A DNA stretch of 60,784 bases, filler included, from Dugesia japonica (Eukaryota), in NCBI GenBank assembly GCA_001938525.1. It is 6 parts of 6 records of this genome, joined end to end, with 100 filler letters (N's around TTAATTAATTAA, not from the genome) between each part and the next. Parts side by side here need not be neighbours in the genome. Positions count along the whole stretch, not along the records: positions 37,091 to 45,726 come from MQRL01623526.1; positions 45,827 to 60,784 come from MQRL01568095.1; 4 more parts are not named here. One strand, 5' to 3'. Position 1 is the first letter of the stretch. The number at the start of each line of letters is the position of its first letter. The notes under the pieces are model-generated. The model saw only the letters and a program-made list of their open reading frames with translations. It made no database searches and had not been told where the DNA came from. Position numbers and translations under genes: made by a program. Shown one piece after another: positions 39,700 through 52,142 of this stretch.

Positions 39700-40440
39700 T
39701 AATTATGGTAATATGAATTAGTATTTTTAATTTAAAATACATTTATGATACTATGAAATTAAAAAATTAATAAATATATTAATTAATAAATATATAAATT
39801 TTTAATTTCATAACACTATAATTGTTTTTGAAATTAAAAATGGTAGGATTATTTTTTTTTCTATGTTAAATTTTTTTAATGTTAACTTAATATAAATATA
39901 CATTTTATATATAAATTTAGGTAAATTTTATTTAAAGGTTCCATAATAATATGGTCTAGGATGTTTAAAGGCTCCATTAATATGGTCAATGATATTTAAA
40001 GATTCCATTGACATGGTAAAAAATGTGTCGAAGATGTCTAATATGAGCTAAATAATATCAAATATTACATGTATTGAAAAAGTATTAGTTGCGTTGGAAT
40101 TGATTACCATTTTGTGGATCTGAGTCTAGTCAATCATTGACGATGATGAATGATTGTTTTTAAACAATTAAGCGTGGTTCTATTTATGTCCGAATCTGAA
40201 CGAATAGAAACACTGCTACCGGATATGCACTTACCGAAAATTGAGCTTAGCCTAGTTTGAGCTTCGCAAGCTGGTTGATAAGTTCAATTATGAACGGACT
40301 CATCCGTGTGCTATCTGATCTAAATAGATTCGTTCTGTTGGACTGTTGTATGGTGGAGGAGGTAATGTAATGGTATGGAAGGAAAACAAAACTGCTACTG
40401 AAAAAATGCATGAAAATAATTATAATTAATTTAAACTAAC
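39700..40440 (+). repeat. Dispersed module, copy 2 (homologous to 31250-32010)
   Basis: Shared ATGTCCGAATxTGAACGAATAGAAACACTG, AGCTTAGCCTAGTT and GCATGAAAATAATT. Confidence 0.8.
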
Positions 40441-41419
40441 TAATTAATAAATTAAGTAAATAATTTAAAATGATACAGGAAAACTTTTTAAATTTCCCGC
40501 AAAAGTATCAAGACTGCCCTCATCGTCTGCAAAGTATCAAGACTGCACCAATATTTTTTATTAAAGAATGCAATAGACATGAAATATGAATGCAATACAG
40601 CAACACGTGCCTGGGAAATTTTTTACTGCCCCAATCTCTTACAAAAAATATCAAGACTGTCCCGTCCTCTGCACAAATACCAAGTCTGTTAAAAATTGAT
40701 TTTTTTTACATAAAACATCATTTTAAACAAGTTAATCATTTTTAATTATAACCAATTGTCTAAAAATGATTACATCACACTCACCCCACAAAAAAATTTC
40801 AATTAAATCTTATAATCCCCGATAATTAATTCTTTTTCAAACCATTTACCTTTCCCCTTCCCAAAAATTTTTTAAAACACACTTATACTACTTACAAACA
40901 TTAACCAGTAAAATTTAACCACAAAAATCAGAAATCAAAGCATAATCGACAACCACCATCCTCCCCATCAAATCAATTTTCAAAAAATCTATCATCCACC
41001 AAAATATAACAACTACCAACAAGCCTTCACCCTCCCAAAAATTACTCCACGATAACTCATACGCCTGTGTCCGCGCGCTACCTATCTTCTAGGTTGAACC
41101 ATTCATCCTACTACATAAGTCCTTTAGACAATGTATAGACAGAATTTTACTCCTAACACAATCATATCATAAAAATGATTTTCTTGATCTCCACATCAAA
41201 AAAATCAATTGAGTCCAATTTCACTCTTACACACACACCATTTCAACTGGACCTACTTTAAATTAACACACAAAAATTTTAAAAAAATCTGATTCAGATC
41301 AAAAATATCTGATCCAGATAAAAATTCATTTGATCAAAACTATTTTGATCCTAAAAGTCTTAGAAAAAACAAGCGCAAAAATACCAGCGTTAATTTATTT
41401 GGGTCGAATTAGACTTTTT

Positions 41420-42433
41420 TGAGATGGATTATAATTATATTATTAGATATATTATGTGTTGACTTAAAATTTTACTGGGTGAATTCAATATCTGAAACGA
41501 GAAATGATGTATGGTTTTTTATAAATGGATCAAAAACTGAATATCCGGATATGAATGATACTTTGTTATCTATACAGATTTTAGTTGTTGATAAATTTGG
41601 AAAAGAATTGAGTGAGAAGTCTGATGTAGCACCGAGCAACTTTGTTTCATATTCTGTTTAAAGATTATATCTTTTCATTTAACAATATCAAAATAGAAGG
41701 AGGGAATGAAACATATATTCTAAAGACTATGATCAAAACCAAGATATCTTATTCCAGGTGTTAGTGTTTAAATTCAAATAAAAATGAGCAACGAATAGAA
41801 TGGGATTAGAAACTGCAACTGAGAAACCAAAATTATTTATTACTTGATGCAAAATTTATGGTTAGACGTGTTCGAGTACTTACAGGCCATCAAATAGGTC
41901 TTGGTAAGCAAAATGCTGTTTATCGAATAAGAACCAATGAAATTGTAGCTTTTGCAATCAGTAAGACTGTACAACATTTTATGAGAAGCAAATCTTTGGA
42001 GATCGTCAATTGCTCAATTTTTTGTTGGTAACATTTCAAAGCAGAGACCGATATAATGGAAGCTATATCAAGCTCAAATTTTGATAAATTTAATGTCATA
42101 TCTATAACTTCATCAAAGAACAACGATTATCGCGAAGCATATAGTCAAGACTTTGAAAGTTATAATTACAGCACATCATAAATATAATCAGTAGTTAGAA
42201 ACATGGGATATCTAAACAAGAAGATGAATTGTGGAATAACACTTCAGAAATTCAGAAACAAACATCCATTTTTTAAATTTGTACTTGCTCCAGATTTTTA
42301 AATTAATCAGTAAGGAAATAAGAGATTAGATATAAAATTCGAAAGTGTTTTGACTACACCAGCATATGTAATAATTTATGGAGTATTTGAAAATGAAATC
42401 CAAATTACATCCAAAATACTAATATTAGTTTAA
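41420..42433 (+). pseudogene. Polinton/adintovirus double-jelly-roll major capsid protein (hexon/PY) relic
   Basis: FFINGSKTEYPDMNDTLL...DVAPSNF..HILFKD; DAKFMVRRVRV...NAVYRIRTNEIVAFAI; CGITLQKFRNKHPFFKFVLAPDF; GNKRLDIKF...VIIYGVFENEIQI; internally deleted and frameshifted. Confidence 0.82.
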
Positions 42434-42529
42434 ACAATGTCGTTGTCTAGAGTTTTCAACATGAAGTAAGATTTAACAAAAATATATAAATTTATTTAAT
42501 TAGTTCAATTCAGATTAATAAATTTGGAA

Positions 42530-42870
42530 AATAATTGCTTGGGTTTTATAATTACAATTATTGTGAGAATAATTGTGGGATTAATCCATTGATCGGATTT
42601 GAGATTTCATTAAAATAAAGAAAAAGATTCAATGAAAAATGTATTTTTAAAGAAATTTAAATTTGCCACACTNTTATTTAATTAGTTCAATTCAGATTAA
42701 TAAATTTGGAACATAATTGCTTGAATTTTATAATTACAATTATTGTGAGAATAATTATGGGATTAATCCATTGATCGCATTTGAGATTTCATTAAAATAA
42801 AAAGATTCAATGAAAAGTGTATTTTTAAAGAAATTTAAATTTGCCACACTTGTCTTCTTCAGAAATGATG
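42530..42870 (-). repeat. Hammerhead-motif-bearing short repeat, minus-strand copy with local tandem duplication
   Basis: Reverse complement TTTCTGAAGAAGACAAG at 42865-42849; tail GATCAATGGATTAATCCCACAATTATTCTCACAATAATTGTAATTATAAAA matches 54139-54190. Confidence 0.6.
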
Positions 42871-42999
42871 ACTTTTTGATAGAATCAATAGGACAATCGA
42901 TCTTTGCTACAAAATTCTTTATCTTTTATCGAAATTTTATTGGTTTATTTAAAGTATAATTTTTTAAAGTATAATTTTTATTAAGATTAAAAAATTATA

Positions 43000-45290
43000 A
43001 TATTAATTATTTTAATTGCTAAAAATCTTTGTCAACCCACAAAAACATCACAACTTGGCTCTAACTGATTCAATGCCCTAAATTCTGGCTCGGTCATAGG
43101 TAATTCAAATAATAATATCAAATTATTGGATGTTCTAAATGAACTACGTGCTATATTAACAAGCTCACTAATCCCAGTTTAACTGTAATAACTCTTATTC
43201 TAACTTGAATAAAACTAGAAATTTAACTTCAGATTATGTTCGTAAAATGGATTCGGATTCATTTTTAAATTTTAAATCTGCTATTTGTTCTGAACCCTTA
43301 GAAAACCCATATATTTAGTCAAGAAAATTAATTCCCAACAATCTACTTCACTTAAANTCAAGCAAATTAATTCCCAACAATCTACTTCACTTAAACACCA
43401 TTGACTTGTTAAATTAATTTAATAACATCAGTAATACTTTAAAAATCACAAATTCAATTCACAGCAACTTCGTGTGTAACGATTCAAATCCCCTCAATAC
43501 CAGCAATCCTTCTTCTAAAATATACGAAACCTTTCCATCTGATATTTTAGAACCCATAACTATTATGAACAACCAAAATAATCAAGCTATTACTGTTAAT
43601 TTAGTCTTAAATAAAAAGCACAATTTTTGCAACAGAAATTATTTAATATTTCTATTTGCTTAGCAACATTCAAAATTGAGTAATTTAAACAAATTCAAAA
43701 AGACTATGTAAATTGTAATTTTAACTCTAATAATGCTAATAAGATTAATCAATTTTAAAGGCAACGTCATTTCTAATACTGAAATACATGACACTAATCC
43801 TGATTTTTCTTGTCAATCTGCTAACGTTAATAAGAAGCCTTGCTTCTACCATCGAAAATTTAATGACAAAGATCGCCATTGCAATAAGCTATGTGGATTC
43901 AATAATACTCCTGCTCTCCAATCAGCTTAACGCACTGTCACTATCTCTAATAAGCTTTCTGATCTTCCACACAACCTTCAAGTAAAGGTATCAACAATGA
44001 TGACGAAGATTTCGATAAAGTTGGTGGAATTTGGAACCCGATGTACTCCACTCAAATGTCTACTTCCCTCCTGAACTCTTATCTATCTATTGATAAAAGC
44101 CTCATCGTAATCAAAGATCGCTTTCCTTTATTGGCTGATCTGCTCTGGAAATGGTGTACTGAATCGACTATAGAATATTTGGTTTCCTTGAGAAGAGATA
44201 GGTTTTTTACTGTGATTTGGCTTCTAGCTTCTCGAAACTACTCAACAGTTATTTTTTGCTTGCCAATCAATTCTCGAGATTTCTCGACATCTTAGCTGAG
44301 ACAATCACTCACTTTGATCTCTCGGGAAACTCTTTATTTGATAACATTCTTAGAATCAGAAATGGCCCCAACGGTGCTAGACCACCAGGCACGTCGATGA
44401 AGATTTCTGCTCCACCTAAAATGGCGCCTACTATTTCAATTGCTGCTTATAAAAATGTGTTTCAAAAATCCTCATTTCGTGAAGTTCTAAAATTCTCAAA
44501 CACTCATAGTAACGAATTACTAAAAACACGCATAGTACCAGTCGATCTCTACGCGCTCTCCTAAAACAAGCTGACTGATAGAAAAATGTCCAACTCCATT
44601 TACTCTATCGGGACATCTATGATGCTTATAGATCGATACTCATTAAACACATCTCTGGCATTCTCAACAGAAATGGAGTCAATAGCAACTCTAAAATTCT
44701 CATTGAATCTCTATCACAGCTGTCATTCAAAATATATCAGCGACAACATCTCCACCTCCTTCATTGAATTTCGACAAGGATGCCCGCTTTCAATGCTTCT
44801 ATTTAACTTTGGCTTAAACTCTATCTTGGATGCTGTCACTCTTCACTCGACACGGGAAAATTCTATCAATGGTTTCCACATAACTGCTCTAGTATATGCA
44901 GATGATTTAGTTCTGCTAGCTAAAAGTACAACTGACCTACAATATATGGCTGATACAGCCCACTATTGAACTCAATGGAGTAGCCTAAAATTCAATAAAA
45001 AAATGTGGTTATCAATCATTACACAACAAACAACTGGTTCAAACCATCAGCTTCGCCGAAAATTATATTTATATTGGTGTTACTGTCAGCAACAATATGA
45101 AGCAATCTCCGTACAATGTTTTCCATAAACTCATCTTAGATTTTGACAGAAAATATCTAATTGACTCTCCTATCATGGCAAAGGATAACTGCTTACAAGA
45201 TAATTCTCGTCTCACTTTCCGTTTAAAGAACTACAATCTTCTCAATCATCATATATATAAAAGCTTTGTTTTAAGTTGGGTTAAGAATAG
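43000..45290 (+). mobile_element. Non-LTR retrotransposon (R2/NeSL/CRE-like) RT pseudogene
   Basis: RQGCPLSMLLFNFGLNSIL; ALVYADDLVLLA; WSSLKFNKK; upstream CFYHRKFNDKDRHCNKLC Cys/His motif. Confidence 0.8.
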
Positions 45291-45726
45291 ATAGATAGTG
45301 GCGCACGTAAGCACCTGTGTGCGAATCCCCCCGCCGTGAAGTAACGAAACGTAACATAATCCTAATGTATTTAGTTGACGATTTGAAATTGCACACTTAT
45401 TAAGTAATATTACATAAGTGGCTACAAATTTTCCTGTGTATTTAGTTGGGAAAATTATTTGCTCACAAATTATGTCATCAGATTTATTTCATCGTCGAGA
45501 ATTTTACGTAATAGGATTAAGTGGCTATCAATTTTTCCTGTGTATTTAGTTGGGAATATTTTTCAAGCTTATTAGACGGCAAAGTGGTGTTACTTTTTTC
45601 CTGTGTATTTAGTTAAGAAAATTTTTTAGGCTTTTTAAACAGTATTATTTTCTAGGCTTTTTAGTTGGGAATTTGCTCCGTGAGGTCGATGAGGTTGAAT
45701 TTTGATTGGTTTTAAGTGGTTTTTGT
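45290..45726 (-). repeat. Inverted copy of the 13850-14230 repeat family with terminal hairpin
   Basis: CCTGTGTATTTAGTTGGG repeats; CGCACGTAAGCACCTGTGTGCG imperfect hairpin next to TAGATAGTGGC. Confidence 0.75.
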
Positions 45727-48359
45727 NNNNNNNNNNNNNNNNNNNNNNNNNNNNNNNNNNNNNNNNNNNNTTAATTAATTAANNNNNNNNNNNNNNNNNN
45801 NNNNNNNNNNNNNNNNNNNNNNNNNNAAATCGGCTTCGCATTCGACTTGTTGGCCACCCTGAAGTATTACAATGGGGTATTTATCATCATTATTCCAGCG
45901 ATTAAATTCTATTGAGAAATTTTGCAAAGAGATAATCTAAATTTAATAGCATAAAAGCTATTACCAAAAAGCACTAAACGAAATTTTATCCCGCAACAAT
46001 GGTTAAAATTAGGTGGTATCATCAGCCAAAATTAGAATTTTGATTGTAAAATTAAAAGTTTATCATTGTTATTAACTTATTGTAAATTCGAATTAATTAT
46101 AGTGTATTATTTTAAAATTAATTTCCTTTAAGGGGAATGTCAACATCACAGTGTGTTTTTCATTAGGTTTATTACTATAATAAATTTGTTACCATTGGAC
46201 TTAGAATAAAAAGTTACCTATACATTGCCTAAAGGGCTACTATCAAAAAATTTTTTATTCTTGATATAATATATAATGATAATAGTTATATATAATGATA
46301 ATATTTGATACCATTCGACTCAGAATTGAAAACTGCCTATACATTGCTTAAAGGACTACTACCTAAAAATGCTCCGTTTGTGAAGAAAAATGAGTTTGTT
46401 TATAGTAGATAGATATGGGCGTACGGGGACCGCACTACAAAGACAAAGTCATTAATTTGACTTAATTGAAACAAAAGTCAATATAACCACTTAATTTAAA
46501 CAAAAATTATTAATTGCGTTTTATTTAAACAAAAAAAGAAATAAAGTCATCGGCACGCATTATAAATAATTCGGCCACTTACGTAATCGGTACACCAAAT
46601 TTTAGACCACTCCAATTCTAGAACAGTAAAAAAATCTTGGAGGGCTGGATCTGTGCGCTACTATCTATCTACCAAATCCTTATCTTCACTCTATTTTTTA
46701 AAAAAGTTAAAATTGATATTAGTCTTTATAACTCGAGCGTTCCGACTAATTCATATACATACAGCCGCATGAAAATGAGAAAGCTCGTAGCCGAGCTATT
46801 TTTTAATTTTCAACAAAAACAATCAGTTGAATTATGTTAAGTATTCCCATAAAATTACGAATATATGAAACCAAAAATAGTGATTCACAATATTTCGAGC
46901 TCTAACCCCATATACTGAAATATATAAAGAAAAACAAAAATCCCGCAAACAATCAAAAAGTTACAGAATCCCGGTCTTAAGAACCAAACTCATCAAAATA
47001 TAGCAGTGATTAAAGCTACGGGATATAGAGCAGAAAATTCGTATTTTTATATTTGGCTTAAATTTTTATCAATGTTCATTATGATAATGCGTTAAATTGA
47101 GGCTGTTTTCTATAATTTTTGTGTTCATTTTATATATATTATATTTTATATATTATATGTATATAAATGTGTAAAACAACGATGGAAAATGTTTAATAAA
47201 AAATAAATAACGCCATCACACCCATTAAATTTAAATTGATAAACAAGTTTGGAACACAAACCAATTGATGTATGGGATTTATTAACAAATCTATTAATAA
47301 TCTTATTCAATTCTGAAAGCTGCTAAGGATCTTCCTTTATTGAAAATTGTTTCTACTTCATGTGATATTGTTAATAGCTTTGGTAATAAATCCTATACAC
47401 ATATTGGTTTGTGTTCTAACCTTGTTTATCAATTTTAAAAAAATGTGTGTGATACCACATACATTGGAGAGACTGCCCGTCATCTCTGTACAAGGGTTCA
47501 AGAGCATAATCGTTTTGGTGGTGGTAGTAAAATTGCTGAGCATTAAAATAAAAATAAAAATAAATGTAAGAAATTTAAAAATTATTGGGAGTGTTGTATG
47601 AGGCGTTAATGATTAGATTTCATAATCCAAGCATTTATGTACAGACGGCTCTTTCGACAAAGTTGATTAGAATTTTTTAGATATCAAAAATTTTTGAATT
47701 TTTATAAATTTTCTTATTTTTTAAAGATTTTTTTCAGTTTTGTATTTTATATTTTCAAAATAATTTTAATTTTATAATTTTGCTTTTAAAAAATTTAATT
47801 CATTATAAAAGTGAAACATTTTTTAAAATATTTGAAAAACGTTTTTTGTTTTTTCGATTTTTATAGGTTTTTAATTTGTAATTTTGAAAACTATTATTAT
47901 AGAAAAAAATTTTATTAGAATATAAAATAAATTTTTTGAAAAATTTTTTAAAATTTAAAAATTACGAATTATGTTTATAGCCATCTTATATTCAGTATAA
48001 TTGCTTGAATCTTTGTTTAAATAATATAGACTGAATAGACTCTTTTTTAAATTTTTGTATGATGATGACGGTTGATCCGTTAAAATATGTAACAATAAAA
48101 TAATTTTTAATAATAGTAAAAAAATTCCATAATTAATAAAAATATTTAATTAAACGTTTGAATGCCCACAAAGTAAAATNNNNNNNNNNNNNNNNNNNNN
48201 NNNNNNNNNNNNNNNNNNNNNNNNNNNNNNNNNNNNNNNNNNNNNNNNNNNNNNNNNNNNNNNNNNNNNNNNNNNNNNNNNNNNNNNNNNNNNNNNNNNN
48301 NNNNNNNTTTCAAAAGTTATTACTACTATAAACATAAATCTTGAATAAATTAAAAAAGC

Positions 48360-48396
48360 CAATTCCTAACGAAGACAAGGTCGAAATATCGAATTG
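48360..48396 (+). ncRNA. Minimal type-I hammerhead-ribozyme-like motif (core variant CUAACGA)
   Basis: Stem I CAATTC/GAATTG; CTAACGA-A; stem II GAC-AAG-GTC; GAAA-TA-TC. Confidence 0.5.
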
Positions 48397-48579
48397 TTAT
48401 CAAATATCAATAAAAAAAAACAAAATTTTGATCGACCTTTTATTTTAAATGAATTCTGTAAAATGATAAATGGTTATGTCCAACAATTATTCGCGCAATA
48501 ATTGCAATTGTAAAACAAATAATATTTAATGATATTTTTTTAAAGCAGTTTTTCGACATCTGTTGTGTTGAAAAACAAA

Positions 48580-49060
48580 CCTTTTGACATACTTCGCAAT
48601 TCGTTCGAATGTATTAACTTGTAGATATTCTTTTAAGGATTTTCGCCTTCTCTTTATATTTGGTATAGGTATAAGGAAGTTTACGTCTTGTAACTTTGAA
48701 TTTCATCAACCTCTACATTATGAGTTTTTTTTGAAAGTTTACTACATCCTCTTGTTGTCAAGTCGCCATAAAATTTCTGCACTAGGAATATTAAAGGAAG
48801 TATAATACATAGAACGTAAACATTTTGAAAGAGNTGTATGAATCTCAGAATTCATACTTCCAGCAAAAATGCTTGCATTTTGGCCACAGAGGCTCTTTGA
48901 ATACCACCATCTCCCTTCAATTTCGTGTCTTATTTTTATTTTCTCCATACGGAGGCGCACACACCGGACAAAGGAAGGTTTGTATCTGTACAAGTCTCAG
49001 TTCTTATGCAAAATCGTAAGATTATGTTTCAGATGTTGTCTTTTTGATCACCGCATGAAA
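48580..49060 (-). mobile_element. Possible Merlin (IS1016/ISXO2-like) transposase fragment
   Basis: Degenerate Zn-ribbon RCVRLRM...EGRWWYSKSLCGQNASIFAGS, followed by a VDE motif and basic segment. Confidence 0.35.
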
Positions 49061-49564
49061 TTTCATAATGAGAGTTTATGTTGAGTATAGGTTCTATAGG
49101 TAATATCTTTTACTTTTTGATAATATCTTTTACTTCTTGGTATAATTTAATTTTGGGATTCGAACCTTCTTTTTTTCAAAAAAACACAGAACAGATACCA
49201 TTTTTAAAATATTTTTTGCATTATAGTTTCCATTGAAAATTGGTCCGATTTTGCAAGCCAACTTTATATTTATTTTTAAAACAAATTGAAAATAACAAAT
49301 TTATTAATTTATTTAATAATTTTTTTATTTTGTTAAACAAGAAAAATCTATAACAATATAATATAAGATCAAAAAATTTTAGTTTGTTATAATAAATTTT
49401 CTTCGTAAAATTAAATATAGTAAACATATCAGCATGGAATTTTGTTGAATTACATTTTAAATTTTTGAATAAATTTACTTAATTTGTTATTCACTAGATT
49501 TGAGTAATTTAAATTAGAACTTTTTTTTTAACAGATTGATTTTTCAAGCAATAACTGTCGACTT

Positions 49565-49891
49565 ATGGAATTATATGCATCAAACAACAACAAATTCTCA
49601 CCAAATGTTCGACAGCAACAATCTAGTATAGATAGAACCAACTTAAATCGGTATTCTAATTTACCAAATACTTTGCCGAATGGCGGAAAATATAATACGA
49701 ATTTAATTAACAATGATCAACGATTATTCACCAATAATATGAATATGAATTCAATGCACCCTATACAAATGGTTCTTGGTGGGAATAATCACAGTAACAG
49801 CAATTCAAATAACAAAAACCCACTTCTAGGTTCACCTTCGATAATCCACAAATCAATTGATTCGGATTTGTTAAATAAAAAAGATAATCAA
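49565..49891 (+). CDS. Asn-rich exon, probable first coding exon of PAN3
   Basis: Acceptor TTTTTTAACAG at ~49534; ATG 49565; donor CAA|GTAAT phase 0, compatible with the exon at 56879; assignment to PAN3 rests on strand and phase only. Confidence 0.55.
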
Positions 49892-49892
<1 letters not shown>

Positions 49893-49960
<68 letters not shown>

Positions 49961-50010
49961 NNNNNNNNNNNNNNNNNNNNNNNNNNNNNNNNNNNNNNNN
50001 NNNNNNNNNN

Positions 50011-50047
<37 letters not shown>

Positions 50048-50082
50048 GTAATAATAATAATAATAATAATGATAATAATAAT
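49893..50082. repeat. (AAT)n microsatellite spanning a gap
   Basis: Near-perfect AAT run starting at the splice donor. Confidence 0.97.
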
Positions 50083-51276
50083 AACATTTATTTATGACGT
50101 GTGGTATAACATTAAAAAGCCTACTACCGTTTTTCACCGCTTATTTTGCGCGCGCACTCTTCAGTTTTTTTTAATAAAATTTCTTTTTAACCAACTTTAA
50201 TAGTTTTTTTTATTTAGTTGGCGCGCAAACTATTTTGTACAATTGCCCGCTATGATTCTACGAATAATTTCCCTTTTGAATTTCAATAGAATCGCACATA
50301 AACCAATAAAAATTCTTATACAAATTTGATGTAACCAGTTTTTTTATAGTGGACATTAAAGTCTAAAGTTAAATTATCTATATTGTTATTTAGTAAGTAG
50401 ATATGAGCGCATGAAACCAACCCCACTCGGAGCCCCTATAAGTCACCAACCTCTCCCCGTTAAACTTTTTTTTATTATTTAATTTTAAAATTTTTATATT
50501 AATTTTAATTTTTAAAATTTTTTTATTTTACTNNNNNNNNNNNNNNNNNNNNNNNNNNNNNNNNNNNNNNNNNNNNNNNNNNNNNNNNNNNNNNNNNNNN
50601 NNNNNNNNNNNNNNNNNNNNNNNNNNNNNNNNNNNNNNNNNNNNNNNNNTTATTTTAAAACTTTTTTCTTTTGTTTTACTTTTTTACACTTTTTTATTCA
50701 TAATACATACACACAATGTACATAGCAAAATATGTACATTGTAGTTTTTTTTCGAAGAAACTTTTTGAACCGTAAATCGAAAAAGTACCACAATTAAAGT
50801 AGGACATATAGTAAGATGTACTTATTTCTATATTTTGAAATTCAAAAGAGCAGTAATAGAGAGTTCAGTCGAACTACTCGTTACTCGACTACTTGAGTAC
50901 TAAATAATTTTTATTTTAGAGTTCTAAACTATTTAAGTAATTCAAATGCTTGAGAATTTTACTTCTCTGATTACAACTTTAATTTGAATGACATCATTAT
51001 TGTTTATTATCAAACAATAAAATTTTCTGATATTTTTTTTACAAAAAACATTTAAATTAAACATTCATATAACATCGCACTGACTTAGTTGCTAGCCTAA
51101 TAATATTTTTATGTTATTTTTGCGAATATCTTAATGTTGTAATGGTTACGAGATAACTGTGTCATNNNNNNCGTTTCTGGAAACCCAATGTTTTAAATAT
51201 TCACCAGTAATATTAATATGAATTCAATGCACCCTATACAAATGGTTCTTGGGAATAATCACAGTAATAGCAATTT

Positions 51277-52142
51277 GGTAACCGGAAAGAACAGAACAAG
51301 ATAAAACATAACAATGAAAAAACAGAACATGGAAGAAACAGAATACGGAAGAAACAGAACATGGAAGAAACAGAACACGGAATAAACAGAATATAGAAAA
51401 AACAGAACTATTGAAAAAAGAAGACCTCATATTTATATTTAAAAGTATGANNNNNNNNNNNNNNNNNNNNNNNNNNNNNNNNNNNNNNNNNNNNNNNNNN
51501 NNNNNNNNNNNNNNNNNNNNNNNNNNNNNNNNNNNNNNNNAAAACAAAATAAACAGAATGAAAATCGAAAAAACAATAAATAAAATATAACATTAACTTT
51601 TTGGGCTAATTTAGTAATTAAAACTAAATCTATTAAATAAAACTATGGCCATTAAAAATGAATAATGCATAAGAACAATAATTTATTGAAGATTGGTCAT
51701 TTGGCGTACAAACTATCTTGTTTTCTTCATATTGATGCCCTTGCACAACTATTGCCGCTTGGTTACTGAGTGTTTCATATTTTTTAATTCTTATTTCTGA
51801 GCGACCTGTATCAGCATTTGCTAATAATAATCGCTGNCAAGCTATATCTCGTCTTAAACCATCTAATAAACTCCATATACTGGGATGACTACAGTGAAAC
51901 ATAGAATTCAATGCATTATGAAAACCTTCGCAAAAGTTTGTAGTTTTCGGAAATTTTTTGGAAACCGCTTCATATTTAAGTATAAATATGAGGTCTTCTT
52001 TTTTTAATAGTTCTGTTTTTTCTATGATCTGTTTTTTCCGTGTTCTGTTTCTTCCATGTTCTGTTTCTTCCATGTTCTGTTTCTTCCATGTTCCGTTTCT
52101 TCCATGTTCTGTTTCTTCCATGTTCTGTTTTTTCATGGAACC
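51277..52142 (-). mobile_element. Non-autonomous MULE with ~170-bp TIRs and a transposase C-terminal fragment
   Basis: TIRs 51277-51449 / ~51970-52142 with 17-bp GAAGAAACAGAACATG subrepeats; 9-bp TSD TAGCAATTT / TAGCAGTTC; PKTTNFCEGFHNALNSMFHCSHPSIWSLL. Confidence 0.88.

Noticed and set aside
42490-42850. ~183-bp tandem duplication as a biological feature
   Set aside because: The copies meet at a single N (42673); likely an unmerged overlap of two haplotypes or contigs
42440-42960. Possible adenain-like Polinton protease after the capsid gene
   Set aside because: The segment is better explained as the minus-strand hammerhead-bearing repeat (matches 54040-54190)
48058-48100. Second hammerhead-like motif ATGATGA-CGG...CCG-TTAAAA
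   Set aside because: Both core boxes deviate from consensus; not distinguishable from chance
49761-50200. Poly-Ile / poly-Leu / poly-Tyr ORFs
   Set aside because: Read-through of an intronic (AAT)n microsatellite and N gap; the real exon ends at 49891
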